A DNA stretch of 64,000 bases from Neoconidiobolus thromboides FSU 785. Its lineage: Eukaryota; Fungi; Entomophthoromycota. A program made the translations under genes and the position numbers. A model generated the notes under the pieces. That model did no database searches. It was not told the DNA's origin and was given only the letters and a program-made list of their open reading frames with translations. The DNA lies in NCBI GenBank assembly GCA_025603075.1, contig MU626365.1, positions 1 to 64,000 on the forward strand. Reading direction: 5' to 3'. Shown piece after piece: positions 11,925 through 24,697 of this stretch (position 1 is its first letter; each line of letters starts with the position of its first letter).

Positions 11925-12619
11925 TTTAGAGATATTTTTTCAAGTCCATTCTAATAAAACGTAAGTATAAAAGATTGTTCTTATTACTTATTTAAAATGA
12001 AGTTGGGTATAATTATCTTTTGCTTAGAATTTATATTAGAGTTACTTGTTTAGAAATAGTTTATTGATGGTTATATATATCTTTGAGTTGTTTATAGTAA
12101 TCTAAAGACTAAAGTAGGTTTTTTAATGTGGTTGTTACATTGATTACATTTTTAATCCTATTTTAAAAGCGATTGATAATAGGATAGCTAGTAAGGTACT
12201 ATATATACATGATTTTATGATATCAGTAATATGACGGATTACTTTGATCTACTGAGGTTTGAAATGTTTTATAGTATATTTAATAAATAATAAAGCACTA
12301 TTAATTTTCATACATTAAACTTAGATTTAGAACTAATGTTAACACAATGGTATATTTGAGTGTAAAACAAAAAATAATCTTTTCAATGAATCTATGTATG
12401 TATATTATTTTTATCTAAATATCATTATCAATATCTACCTCAACTAATTTTACTATCAGCTCTCTATTTAATATTCATTACCTAATTTTAGCTCAACCAA
12501 TAAAACCAAATTAACTCAAGTTACGCATATACTTTGATTACACTTCTAAAACTTACAAAACTAAAATTTATAAAAACTACTCTTCTCTACCAACAAAAAA
12601 AACTAAAAAAAACCTTAAA

Positions 12620-15063
12620 ATGAGCGATAAATCAACGAATCGATCTAGTATAGACCCAATGGATTTAACTTCTATATTAAAAAAAGAACGAAGTGAAGCA
12701 ACCACATCTTTAGAGCAAATCAATGTCACCAGTTCTTTACTCGAAAATATTAATACGGATTCTAATTCTATTATAGATGCTTCAGTGCCTATATCCCTGT
12801 CCCGACCATTATCAGCACATTCTTTGTTATCACATAAATACCCAGGTCAAATATCCAGAACTCAATCTTTAAAAGATGGTTTATCTCCTAGGATGTTAAC
12901 TAATGATATAAAACGTCGGCCTTCTTCTAGACAATCATTAGCATCGATGGTAACCTTACAATTGTTTTTAAATAAAAACAATAACGAAGAAGCAATGTCT
13001 GGTAAGTGAATTAATATTTTTTATTAGATCTGAGAAGTTTTTCCTTTATAAAATAAATAGCAGTTATTTATTTTTGAAATTTAGATAATTATTCAGAAGG
13101 AAGTAAAAGAAACACATTGATTGAGGAGCGAAATAGCACTATTGAATCTCCCAAAGGACTAGCTTTTGAAAACGAAGAATTAGAGCAAAGTCCTGAGTTT
13201 CAACAAAATCAAATTGAGGCTATTGAAGAAGAAGACGTTAATTTTGAGCAGGAAATGTTAGATAATGCTAGTTTATTAGAACAACTTAATAATAGTAATA
13301 AGGAAGAAAATAACAATATCAAACAATTGGTATTTAATGATTCGGACGATGATGAACTTTCAGAAGGTGATATTATTGATGGTCCATATCATAGGAGAAA
13401 ATACGGTGATGAAGGTAATAACTTAATATAAGATTTGATAGGAATTAAATTATGAATTTTTTAGATCCTAATTCACACAGTTGGAAAAACCATAAACATC
13501 ATTTGTTTGTTCTGAGCTCAGCTGGGAAACCTATTTACACTAGGTAAACTTTATTAGTTTATTACTTTTTGAAATTAAAATTTAATTATTTTAGATATAG
13601 TGACGAATCTAAAATGTCAGAATATATGGGCATTATTCAGGCCATTATTTCATTTTATGTAGACGAAGGAGATTCTATTAGGTGTTATTATTATACAATT
13701 GCTAGTTATATATATATTTATAATATTTGGTATTAGATCGATAAATTCTACTTCTCATAAAATTATATTTATGCAAAGAGAACCATTATATTTTGTGCTA
13801 GTATCAAGGACAAACGAAAGTGAAGAAATAGTAAATAATAATATTATAATAATTTATGATAATAATATAATAATTTATTTTTTATTTTTTGTTATTAATA
13901 GCTAAGAGATTATTTGCATTTATATTATCAACAAATAATAAGTACCTTAACATATTCTCAAATACAACGTGTATTTGAAAAGAGTACTAATTTTGATTTG
14001 AGGCGGTTATTAAATGGAACAGAAAGTTTTTTAGATACTTTAATTAAACGTAGTGTTTCATTATCACCTAGCTATTTATTAGAATCTATTAGAAGTGTCA
14101 AAATGAATATCAAGCTACGATTAAAAATAAGTAAAGCTATTAAACCTTTAGCCATTCAACAATTAGATATTATCTATGTAATATTAGCTAGTAAATATAG
14201 ATTAGTTCATCTATTAAGATCTCATAAAGTTAATTTACATCCAATGGATTTACATTTATTATTAAATTTGGTGAATTCTTCACCTGCTTTTCTAAACCTT
14301 AATCAAGCCAATTGGGTTCCTATCTGTTTACCTAGATTTAATAAATCAGGTTATTTATATGCTTTAATATCATTTTTAAATTTGGATCCTCCATTAGTAT
14401 TGATCATATTATCACCATTAAGAGATAAATATGAAGAAATTAAAAAAGTAAATGACATTATCATTCAGGTAAAAAGTTATTATAATCATATATTATCAAT
14501 ATTAATAAATCAATGTTTTATTATTAGAATTTGAATCATGAAAATCTAATTAATGAAATTTATGAAAGTATTGAAAATGATGCGTTTGATTTAGGTAAAT
14601 TTAATTTATTGTTATATTTTATAAAATTATTTATTTTATTTTGTTAGCTGAAATCGGAATTCCCGGTTTGAGACACTTTATATTTAAATCTAAAAATTTA
14701 TTCCAATATACCAGTTCAAGGTTAGAGCCACCATATATATTAAAAAGAGAAAGGAGGAGGTAATTTTTATTATTATTATTATTATTATTATACTAATGTA
14801 AATCACATCTAAAATTTAGATTATTTGAATTATATAAGACTTCTTATTATATAATGAACTCTCGATTTAGAAATATACGTATCTATTTTAATGATAGTGA
14901 AACAGAAACAATAGTCATTTGGTCTACAAATCAATTTTTATTATTTGCTACATTTACTCCCTTTTTATCTAAAACAACCTTAGTTAATTTGGCTTTAAAG
15001 TTAGTTAAATATTTACAGGCAGATAAGGAACAATTATTTATTACTCAAACTACATTAATTTAA
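12620..15063 (+). CDS. MON1: Vacuolar fusion protein Mon1 (Rab7 GEF subunit), multi-exon
   Basis: FVLSSAGKPIYTRY, MGIIQAIISF, FDLRRLLNGTE, LHPMDLHLLLNLV, WVPICLPRFNKSGYLYA. Confidence 0.93.
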
Positions 15064-15142
15064 ATATAATAATAATAATAATAATAATATATAAACGATA
15101 GGATAATATTAACAATTATTATTTATTTATTATTTATTTATT

Positions 15143-16813
15143 TTATTGTTTAAGTAAATGTAATTGATTTTTTAAACTTGGAAATTTCAATTGAATAATT
15201 TTTAATTTATTAGCTAAATTAGAATCAATTTTTATATCATTATTGATTAAATGCTCTTTAATTAAATAATTTAATAAATTATATTGTTTTTTATTTATAG
15301 CTAATGATAATAATGAACTTAATTGATATTCATTTTGTAAATCAAATAAATTAAATTTATTTTTTAATATTTGAATTTGTTGATAATTTAAATAAATAAA
15401 TAATTTACTTATTATAGATTTTAATTTAATATCCGCTTCACTATTATATTGTAATAGATAATTATAGGCCATTTCATACTGTTGATGGTAGATTAAATTT
15501 TGCAATAATAAACTTAAAATTGGGTTATTTAGTTGAATATTTTGTATTTTAATTTGTTGTTGATAATAATTAAAAATTTGTAAATATTGGAAATTTAATT
15601 TATTACCGTATAGCATAGTTTGTAATAATTGTTGATTTAATTGAATATTGAAATTAATTAAAAATTGATGAGCTAATAAAAATTCATCATTTAATATTAA
15701 TCCATATAATAAAGTATTAATTACATTAATAAATCTATATTGTTTAATATCATTATAAAAACTTGTTATTGTCTCTATTGTTAATTTATTATCGTTATTT
15801 GTATTTTCGTTTTCGTTGTTATTCTCTTTTAATAATTTAAAATATATTAATAACGATCGATTAATACAACTATCCGTTACATTTGGCCATTGATAGATAT
15901 CTATTTTTTGAATAAATCTACTAAAAACTGACAACTCTAATTTCTTTTTTAACTCATAAATTAACATTCCTTTGTATAGCGTTTGTACTTCTTTTCCTAA
16001 CATATTTAAACTCTTTTGATATAATTGATAATTATCTTTCATCTTGTTTCCCATTTCAATTAACTGCTTACTATTATTTTTACTTAAATAACTAAATACC
16101 GTTTGTATCAAATCTTTATATTGTAGACTATATTTCTCTTCTTGTAATGAGCCCATAGCTAATGTCTTCAGTGTTAATTCTGTAGCCAGTTCTGACTTAC
16201 ATTTTAAATTTAATAGAATAAATTTATACAAAAAATGCTGTTTTTTAGTTAAATAGCACCAATAAAAATGCTGATAAAACTTATCTTCTAATAAATTTAA
16301 ATTTAATTGTTGAGCTAAATTTATAAAATATAATAATAATTGAAAATTATCACTATCCTTAGAGTCCATGCTTATTAATTGAAAATAAAGTTCATAGAGC
16401 TGTTTCTCAACTATCTCAAGACGCTTCAATTGGGAGGAATAGGCAATGAAACTTTGCGTTAGTTTAATTACTAATTTTGAATTATTAGATAATATACTTA
16501 ATTTTATAAATTCCAAACTGTTATTTTTAATGTTTGCTAAGGGTTCCTCTTTATTATCAATATCCTTATTATCATTGATATTTATTTGTGTTAATGAAAT
16601 TATTTTTATTATATTTTTTTGAGTTGGCAATATATTATAAGATGTGAATTTACTGATTTTTTTACTCAACTTTTTGATTGTATTATTACTATAGCCTATC
16701 AAACTCGTTTTTGTTTCTATGCTTCTTTTTACTCTCACTTGGAATTGATAAACCCTAATTGTTGACTTAGGATGAATACTACGTTGAATTTGAGTTTGTA
16801 ATAAACTACTCAT
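15143..16813 (-). CDS. Intronless 556-aa helical-repeat protein, possibly mitochondrial PPR-like
   Basis: Long ORF; basic, acid-poor N-terminus; L/Q/N/Y-rich helical segments such as INTLLYGLILNDEFLLAHQFL. No firm family match. Confidence 0.55.
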   Translation of the reverse strand: MSSLLQTQIQRSIHPKSTIRVYQFQVRVKRSIETKTSLIGYSNNTIKKLSKKISKFTSYNILPTQKNIIKIISLTQININDNKDIDNKEEPLANIKNNSLEFIKLSILSNNSKLVIKLTQSFIAYSSQLKRLEIVEKQLYELYFQLISMDSKDSDNFQLLLYFINLAQQLNLNLLEDKFYQHFYWCYLTKKQHFLYKFILLNLKCKSELATELTLKTLAMGSLQEEKYSLQYKDLIQTVFSYLSKNNSKQLIEMGNKMKDNYQLYQKSLNMLGKEVQTLYKGMLIYELKKKLELSVFSRFIQKIDIYQWPNVTDSCINRSLLIYFKLLKENNNENENTNNDNKLTIETITSFYNDIKQYRFINVINTLLYGLILNDEFLLAHQFLINFNIQLNQQLLQTMLYGNKLNFQYLQIFNYYQQQIKIQNIQLNNPILSLLLQNLIYHQQYEMAYNYLLQYNSEADIKLKSIISKLFIYLNYQQIQILKNKFNLFDLQNEYQLSSLLSLAINKKQYNLLNYLIKEHLINNDIKIDSNLANKLKIIQLKFPSLKNQLHLLKQ

Positions 16814-16975
16814 TTAAAAAAGAATTTAAAAAGAGTTAATTTTTTGAGTAATAAAAATGGGAATAAAAGTTGTCGAAAATTTTAATTGCAAAAAGTTTCA
16901 ATTCAGAGAAAAAGAAATCCAACTTAAAATTGTTCAGGATTGAAACTCGAAATTTTACTTTTTAATAAAAATAAA

Positions 16976-18150
16976 ATGTTGAGAATAGTGTAAGTGAGAA
17001 ATTTAATATTTGATTATTCGAATTTAGAATTAATTGACAAATATAATAGTAAACCCAAAAACGCACGTTCTAAGAGAGCTTTAGAAAAACGTGAAGCACA
17101 AGTAGTTGAAAATGTGAAAACATGTCTTTTTGTAAAAGGTAGTAAAACTTCAGAAATAGTCAACAAAGCTTTAAACGATTTAGTAAGTTGATCATCACGC
17201 TTTCATTTTTGCCTATATAACCAACTAACATCCTCTTATAGTATTTATTGAAGAAACCAGATGCTATAAAATTTAATAAGAAGAATGAGTTAAGACCATT
17301 TGAAGATGAAACTAAGCTTGAGTTTTTATCTAAAAAGAACGATGCCTCTTTAATGTTATTTGGTTCCCATTCAAAAAAAAGACCAGATAACTTAACTTTT
17401 GTGACTTTTTTTAATTATTGTATCTATGATATGATTGAAGTTGGGATTCAAAAAGCTAAATTTATGGACGAATTTGAGGTAAATTGAATTGATTGAAGTT
17501 TACACATCGAAAAATAACTAATTAAACCAAAATTTTAATTTAGGGCCTTAAATGTGGTGTTGGTTTAAAACCCAGCTTTCTGTTTAATGGTGAAGAATTT
17601 GAACAAGTAGAAGGATACATTAAATTCAAAACTCTAATTTTAAATTTCTTTCATGGTAAAGTAGTGGATCGAATTGATTTAGCAGGATTAGAACATGTTA
17701 TTACAGTTACAGCTAGTCCAACCAAACAAAATGAAAATGGATTAATTCATTTTAGAGTTTATACTATAAAAACAAAAAAGAGTGGGACTAAATTACCTTA
17801 TATTGAATTAAATGAAATGGGCCCAAGTTTAGATTTTTCAATTCGTAGAGCTAAGTTTGCTGATGAAGAGATGGTTAAACAAGCTCTTAGAGTTCCTAAA
17901 GAGTTGAAGGTAAGATTATTTGTTTATTTACATCGTTTTTGTAAATATTAATTGTTTATCATTATTATAGCCAAAGAAACAAAAGAATCATGAACATGAT
18001 GAATTTGGTTCTTTATATGGTAAAGTACATATGCAAAAACAAGATTTTGGTAAATTACAAACTCGTAAAATGAAGGGGTTAAAAAAGTCCATTTCGGTAC
18101 CTGAAGAAGATAATGAAGAAGATAATGAAGGAGAAGATAATGAAGAATAA
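16976..18150 (+). CDS. RPF2: Brix-domain ribosome biogenesis factor Rpf2
   Basis: MLRIV|KPKNARSKRALEKRE, NELRPFEDETKLEFLSKKNDASL, ELNEMGPSLDF, KQDFGKLQTRKMKGLKK; acidic tail. Confidence 0.95.
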
Positions 18151-18277
18151 TTCCTTTTAAAAAAATAGAACACTTTTTTATATAAAATAAAAAGAGAAAT
18201 AGATATTAGTTTATTTTATAATTATATTAATAAAATTGGAAGTGATTAATGAATTGAATTGTTCTTGTTTTTATTTT

Positions 18278-19713
18278 TTAATAGTATTGTCCTTGTAAAT
18301 GATAACTTTTTTTTAATGGCAGTGGATCTTCAGGTGCAAAGGAAGGAGTATAATATAATAGATTTAAATTAGGATAATTAATTGTAAATAATGGCTTTTG
18401 AATAGGTAAGTTGAAATCAAGTATATCATTTGTTTCATTATTCCACTATAAAAATAATAATTAATAAAAATAAAATAAAACAATAAACATTTACTAAACT
18501 TTCCAGTTTGTTAATTTTTAATAGTTTTAATTTTAAATATCTAGAATGTTGTAAATGAGCTTCTAAATCCACAATATCATTCTTCTTTTCAATTAATTTA
18601 AACCTCTTCTTTGATTCATTGATATAGTCTAAAGCTTTATTTTCTTTAATATTAATTAAACATTCCGACTTCATTAAAAGACCAATAAAAAAGTGGGTTA
18701 AATTAACAATCGTTTGTTGTGATGATGATTCTTTAATTATTTGCTTACAGTTGTTTAATCTTTCTATTATATAAGTTACAATAATCTTTCCATTAGTAGG
18801 GGTTAATTGTAAGCTATTCAAAGAAGCATGGTAGAGTGAGAGACTAAAATTAAATATTCAAAATTTAAAATCAAGTAAAACAATATAAATACTTACTTCA
18901 TAAATAATTCCCCATAATTTTTAATAGCTTTAATAATCGTTCTTTCTTCTCCTTCTTCTATTATCTCTAATTTACTTAAATAAAAATAAATCTCAGCCGA
19001 TTTTTGATGTCGTTTTAAATTCTAGAGAATAATAATTAATTATTGATGGTTTTATAAATCAACAGAAACTTACAATATCTAATCCTTCGTTGTGAGTTGT
19101 ATTGGTACCCCACAAAAACAATAAATCTGCTAAAGTAATTAAGATGAAATAACTAAATAATTTTAAAGATTGAAATTTATATGTAACATCATTCTTTGAT
19201 TTGGGATCTATTTTTAATTGATATTGGATTTCTATTAGTGGATTAAAATTATGTTATGAAGGTTAATAATATAAATTACCTTTTTCAATAGATAATTCAA
19301 TCACTTGCTCTTCTTTTAAAAAGTCTAATTGCTTGATTATGTAAAGCAGAGTAGTGAGTAACTAGTAAAAGACATAAATAAGATAAAATATAAAACAAAT
19401 AAGATAAAATAATTACATCAAACACCAATTCATAGTTTAAAATAATTTGATTTAATTGAAAATGAAGTTTACTTATTGTTTGTTCTAGATGGTTGATTAA
19501 TTGAATGGGTGAAATATGTATATAAATGGTTGGATAATTTTTGGATAATTTTAGAACATCAATCTCTTTCTTTAATTTCCATTGAACATTAATATCACCA
19601 TGAAATCTACTTATCTCTGTTTTGATATAAGGTAACTCACTAAGTTTAAATGGCTCTAGATCTAAACTTGAATATTCTACTTTATATTCTTTTTTTTGCT
19701 TTAATTTAAACAT
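18278..19713 (-). CDS. BRO1-like domain protein resembling pH-response regulator PalC (about 6 exons)
   Basis: Hand-spliced product contains LNYELVFDLLTTLLY, RHQKSAEIYFYLSK, WNNETNDILDFNLP and ends TPSFAPEDPLPLKKSYHLQGQYY* (di-aromatic C-terminus). Confidence 0.55.
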
Positions 19714-19867
19714 TTTTTTAAAAAATTAATAAGAAATGTAATAAAAATCAAATTGGAATTGGAATTACGTTTAATTAAAAATTTAGAACAAATTATCAAT
19801 TTTTTTATTAAAATAATTATTGCAAAAGTAGTTAATGTTGTGTTTATGTATTAAAAAGGGTATGTAT

Positions 19868-19901
19868 TTAATCTCTCATTTCATTTGTTATATAACTATC
19901 A

Positions 19902-19934
<33 letters not shown>

Positions 19935-21380
19935 GATGAATCAGTATCAAAATAACTTTCTTTTTTTAAATTTTTAGGCCATAGCCCCTGTTTCATAACT
20001 TTATCAACATAACATAAATCAGGATGTAAGTCATCCAATTCATCTGCCTTTGCATTAGTATTATCATCTAAAAATCCCTGGATATCTTTTGGAACTTCTT
20101 GCATTTGTACTGAGGGAGAAAATTCAATTTTTTTTAAATATTCTAAACATTTAATTCTTATCTTTTCCAAATAACTTTTTGTATTTAAGTTCTCTTTTTT
20201 CCCCGTTAATTTAGGATGTAGGGAATGATCTGGTCCAAAAAAATTATAATAAGGGGAATCTTTTGGTAATTGATTAGGTAATTGAGTATCTGTAGCAATA
20301 GCTGTTTCATAAGTCCAACATCTAGATACATTTCTAATAGTATAACCCCCACCACCTAATAGCACTAGAGGTATATTAAACGATTTAACAAATCGAACAC
20401 ATTCACCATGAGCAATAATAGATAAATTAAAACAACCTAATCTATCCAAACCTAACGAATCAGTACCACATTGTAATACAATAGCCGTAGGTTGATATCT
20501 TTCAATTGTTGCTCCAATTATACTTTTAAATAAAAACAAATATGAAGCATCATCAATGCCATCTTTTAAAGGTACATTTAAAGAATAACCAGTACCCAAA
20601 TTAACTCCAACTTCTGAAGAGCTACCTGTACCTGGAAAAAAATCATTACCATATTTATGAAATGAAACTGTCATTACTCGATCTGAATTATAAAATGCTT
20701 CTTGTACACCATCCCCATGATGTACATCAATATCAATATATAATACTCGTGAATAAAATCGTAATAGTTGTAAAATACACAAAACTATATCATTTACATA
20801 ACAAAACCCAGAAGCATTCCATTTCTTTGCATGATGTAAACCACCAGACCAATTAATAGCTATATCCGCTCCGCCACTAATTAATTTTCTTGCAGCAGCT
20901 AAAGAAGCTCCAGTATAATAAGAACAAAAATCAAATAAGCCTTCAAAGGCGGGGTTGTCTCCTTGGTGGCCACCTAGGTTAAATTTTTCTAATACTTTAC
21001 CCATGCTTGAGGCGTTTTCAGGAGTTACTCTTAATTATAAATTTAAATAAAATTAATCCATTTAATAAAGAATATTATTACCTTTTTAAAAAATCAACAT
21101 AATCAATGGTATGAAATTCTTTCATTTCTTCATCAGTAGCTTTTCTAGGTTGATACATATCCAATTTTTCATGTAAATCATAACGTAATACTAAATCATT
21201 TGTTAAAGCTAAACGATGAGGTTTCATTGGATGGTATTCCTATTTTATTGTTACTTTTTGTTTTTTCTCAAATTGAAATTGTAGTTTATTTACCCCATAA
21301 TGAAAATTACCAACTTCTTCGCTATGAAAATAAGATACCCGCGATTTGCTATGACTAGCAACTAGATTAACATAATTCAT
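19868..21380 (-). CDS. HOS2: Class I histone deacetylase, Hos2-type
   Basis: [16 protein letters not shown]|[56 protein letters not shown]. Confidence 0.9.
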
Positions 21381-21808
21381 TTAAAATAAAAGATGAGTTG
21401 AATTTTTATTTTTTAAGTTGTTTAAATTGAAAAGGTTGATTGGGTGAAGAAATTTTATTACTGTAGATTTAAAAGATGCTATATTTTATTACTATGATTT
21501 ATTAGAATATCAATAATAGATAGATGTTAATAATTTTTAATATTTCATTTTTCTATACTTATATTAAATATAGTATTATCGTATATTAAAATTGATAATT
21601 TTTAAATTAATAAATAACCTTAAAGTAAATTTATAAACATAGATATTTAAAAGTTTGATGAATATGTAAAACTATAGAATGAAAAATAAAGTAATCATCA
21701 AATTATTCTATAGCTAATACTTCAAACAAAAAGTTACAATTAGATACTATATATTACTAGTTGTTTTAATAATGGGGACTCAATCAATAAATATATTAAT
21801 CCCGAGTA

Positions 21809-21882
21809 CGCTCATAACTGGGATCGAACCAGTAACCTCCCGATTAACAGTCGGACGCGCTAGCCAATTGCGCCATACGAGC
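21809..21882 (-). tRNA. tRNA-Asn(GTT)
   Basis: Reverse complement identical to 9205-9278. Confidence 0.97.
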
Positions 21883-22238
21883 CTATCTGTTTTTTCAGTT
21901 TTTTTTAAATAAATATAAAGTTATTTTGATTTAACTTGATTAATTATTAGAGGAGATACTATTTTATTAATTACATTTTAGATATAGCTATTAATTATTT
22001 TGAATATAAGATCCAATATAATGGATGAATTAGTAAACATAGTTTTTGTGTTAAAGTTTCTAGTTTTTTGATAGGATTCTTAAGCTTGTTTCAATTAATT
22101 TTAAGTTTTAATAAAGTTTTAGAATAATCCCTTTTAATTAAATCCTATGTAAAAAATTTAATACTGGTAAAAATTTTAATTCATTTTATAAAATTGTATA
22201 AATCTACATAATTTCAAAACTCAAATAAAAAATAGCGA

Positions 22239-22295
22239 TTATCTTATCTTATTTGACCTTAATCTCAAAACATAGGATAAACTTAGATAAGATAA
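22239..22295. promoter_or_regulatory. Cluster of five GATAA/TTATC sites upstream of fungalysin
   Basis: TTATC at 22239 and 22244; GATAA at 22276, 22286 and 22291. Confidence 0.4.
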
Positions 22296-22691
22296 CCCCA
22301 CTTTATAAGCAAATACCCTCAATTTTAACATCCACCATTATACAATATGACTAATTTCATAAATTTTTAAGACCAATCTAAGCATAATAAGCATAATCAT
22401 GCTGATGCTCATTTTTAATTTTATTTCAACCCCAACCCCTTAATTAATTTGAAGCCAAAATAAAGAATAGTTAAAAAAAGAATAAAAGTTGATAAATAAA
22501 AAGAATAAAAGTCAATAAATGATTGGTTTTGATTCTCCATAAGTTTCAATTAATTTTAAAATAATTTTTAAATGTTATAAAGGATAAAAGAATATATAAT
22601 AAATCCGCGATTAGTTTTTGAATTTAGTTTTTGAATTCAGTTTTTTTCTATTCCTTTATATCTCTCTTTTTCTTCGTCCCTCTCTTTATCA

Positions 22692-24611
22692 ATGTATCTT
22701 AGACCGCTACTCTTTTTATTTTTATCACTTGAATATTTAATATATGCTGTACCTTCCTTTGGCCCTAATCCAATACGAAGACATCATTTAATTACAAAAC
22801 CTAAACTCAATAATAACAATTATAAACAAACATATTTTCAAAGTCATCGATTCTCCTCACGTAATCAAGAGGATTCAATAAAACAAGCGATATCCACAAT
22901 CTTAAAATCGGAATTAAATATTATTAGTTACCATATTCAAACAATTAACTATGATCAACAAAGTGAATTTCATAGTATTTATATATTACCTATGGTAAAC
23001 AATGTGATTATTAGTAATGCCGAAATTCATTTGAATTTAGATAAATATTATAATGTATTATCTTTATCTTCAATTCCTTTTGATACTTATAATATAAACA
23101 AGCTTACAACGAATGAAATTCAACAATATTTAAGTAATAGTACTAAGATAACTAGTGTATTAACTGATTTTTTTAATTTTGTTAATTATCCAATGAATTC
23201 AATGAATTTAATTAATATTAATAAGTTACAATTAAATAATGAACTTAAAGATATAGAATTAAATATTACTTATTTTATAGACAACAACAATCGATTAAAA
23301 TTAGCTTATGAATTTGATATCGATTTAATTCATGATTGGTATCATGTTTATATTTCAATTAATAATAATAATAATAATGATTTATTATGTTTAATTAATT
23401 ATACAAATAAAGCAAGTTATAATGTATATCCATTAGGTACTATTGACCCTAATCAAGGAAGCAGACAATTGCTTATTAATCCATATAATAAAATAGCTTC
23501 ACCACTGGGATGGCATAATGAAGGCAATAACAAAACATATACAACAACAAAAGGAAATAATGTTTATGCAATCAATGGAAATTTAAAAGATATTCAAGAT
23601 ATTACAGTTGTTGAAGGTGGTAATGAGTTAAATTTCAATTATTCTTTATCTTTATTAAAAGAACCAGAAACTTATATTAATGCATCAATAACTAATCTAT
23701 TTTATATATGTAATATATTACATGATTTATATTATTTATATGGATTTAATGAAATCAATGGCAACTTTCAAAATAATAACTTTGATTTAGGTGGTAAACA
23801 AAATGATGGTTTATTAGCTTATGCTCAATCTAATAATGATAAAGATAATGCTGATTTTACAACTCCACCTGATGGTAAAGCACCTCGAATGAGAATGTAC
23901 TTGTGGGATGAAACAATACCTAATAGAGATGGGGATTTAGAACAAGATATTATAATTCATGAATATACACATGGATTAAGTATTAGATTAACTGGTGGAC
24001 CTTCTAATTCAAATTGTTTAGGTTGGGGTGAAGCTGGTGGAATGGGAGAAGGTTGGGGTGATATTATTGCTATTATGTTAAGTATGAATCAAAATAGTGA
24101 TAAAAAAGATACTTATTTCATGGGTTATTATGCTAATGGTAATAAAAGTATAAGAAAATATCCTTATTCAACAAATATTACTATTAATCCATCTACTTAT
24201 GAAATCATGGATAAATCGAATTATTGGTCTGTTCATGCTAAAGGGGAAGTATGGGCTATGATGGTATTAGAAGTTTATTGGAATTTAATTGAATATTATA
24301 AATTTAATATTGATTGGTTTGATATTAAGAATAGCTTGAATTATGGCAATACTTTAATGTTAAAGATTATTATTGATGCTTTAAAATTACAACCTTGTCG
24401 TCCTACTTTTGTGGAAGCTAGAGATGCTATTTTATTAGCTGCTAGTAATTTAAAATATAATGATAAAAAATTACAATGTTTAATTTGGAAGGGATTTGCA
24501 AAAAGAGGTTTAGGTGTAGATGCTAGATTAATTGGTGCTGCTCCTTGGGGCGGTGGTCAACGTAAACAAGATTTTAATATACCTAGTTATTGCAATTCAA
24601 TTTTATTATAA
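22692..24611 (+). CDS. Secreted fungalysin metalloprotease (M36), intronless
   Basis: Signal peptide, propeptide, ASPLGWH, PPDGKAPRMRMYLW, HEYTH zinc motif, GMGEGWGD, LQPCRPTFVEARDAI. Confidence 0.95.
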   Translation: MYLRPLLFLFLSLEYLIYAVPSFGPNPIRRHHLITKPKLNNNNYKQTYFQSHRFSSRNQEDSIKQAISTILKSELNIISYHIQTINYDQQSEFHSIYILPMVNNVIISNAEIHLNLDKYYNVLSLSSIPFDTYNINKLTTNEIQQYLSNSTKITSVLTDFFNFVNYPMNSMNLININKLQLNNELKDIELNITYFIDNNNRLKLAYEFDIDLIHDWYHVYISINNNNNNDLLCLINYTNKASYNVYPLGTIDPNQGSRQLLINPYNKIASPLGWHNEGNNKTYTTTKGNNVYAINGNLKDIQDITVVEGGNELNFNYSLSLLKEPETYINASITNLFYICNILHDLYYLYGFNEINGNFQNNNFDLGGKQNDGLLAYAQSNNDKDNADFTTPPDGKAPRMRMYLWDETIPNRDGDLEQDIIIHEYTHGLSIRLTGGPSNSNCLGWGEAGGMGEGWGDIIAIMLSMNQNSDKKDTYFMGYYANGNKSIRKYPYSTNITINPSTYEIMDKSNYWSVHAKGEVWAMMVLEVYWNLIEYYKFNIDWFDIKNSLNYGNTLMLKIIIDALKLQPCRPTFVEARDAILLAASNLKYNDKKLQCLIWKGFAKRGLGVDARLIGAAPWGGGQRKQDFNIPSYCNSILL

Positions 24612-24697
24612 TAAATCCAATAAATTCAATTTAGTGTATTTTTATTTTTAATATTTTATTTTTAATATTTTATTTATTCTTTAATTTGTAAACTTAT

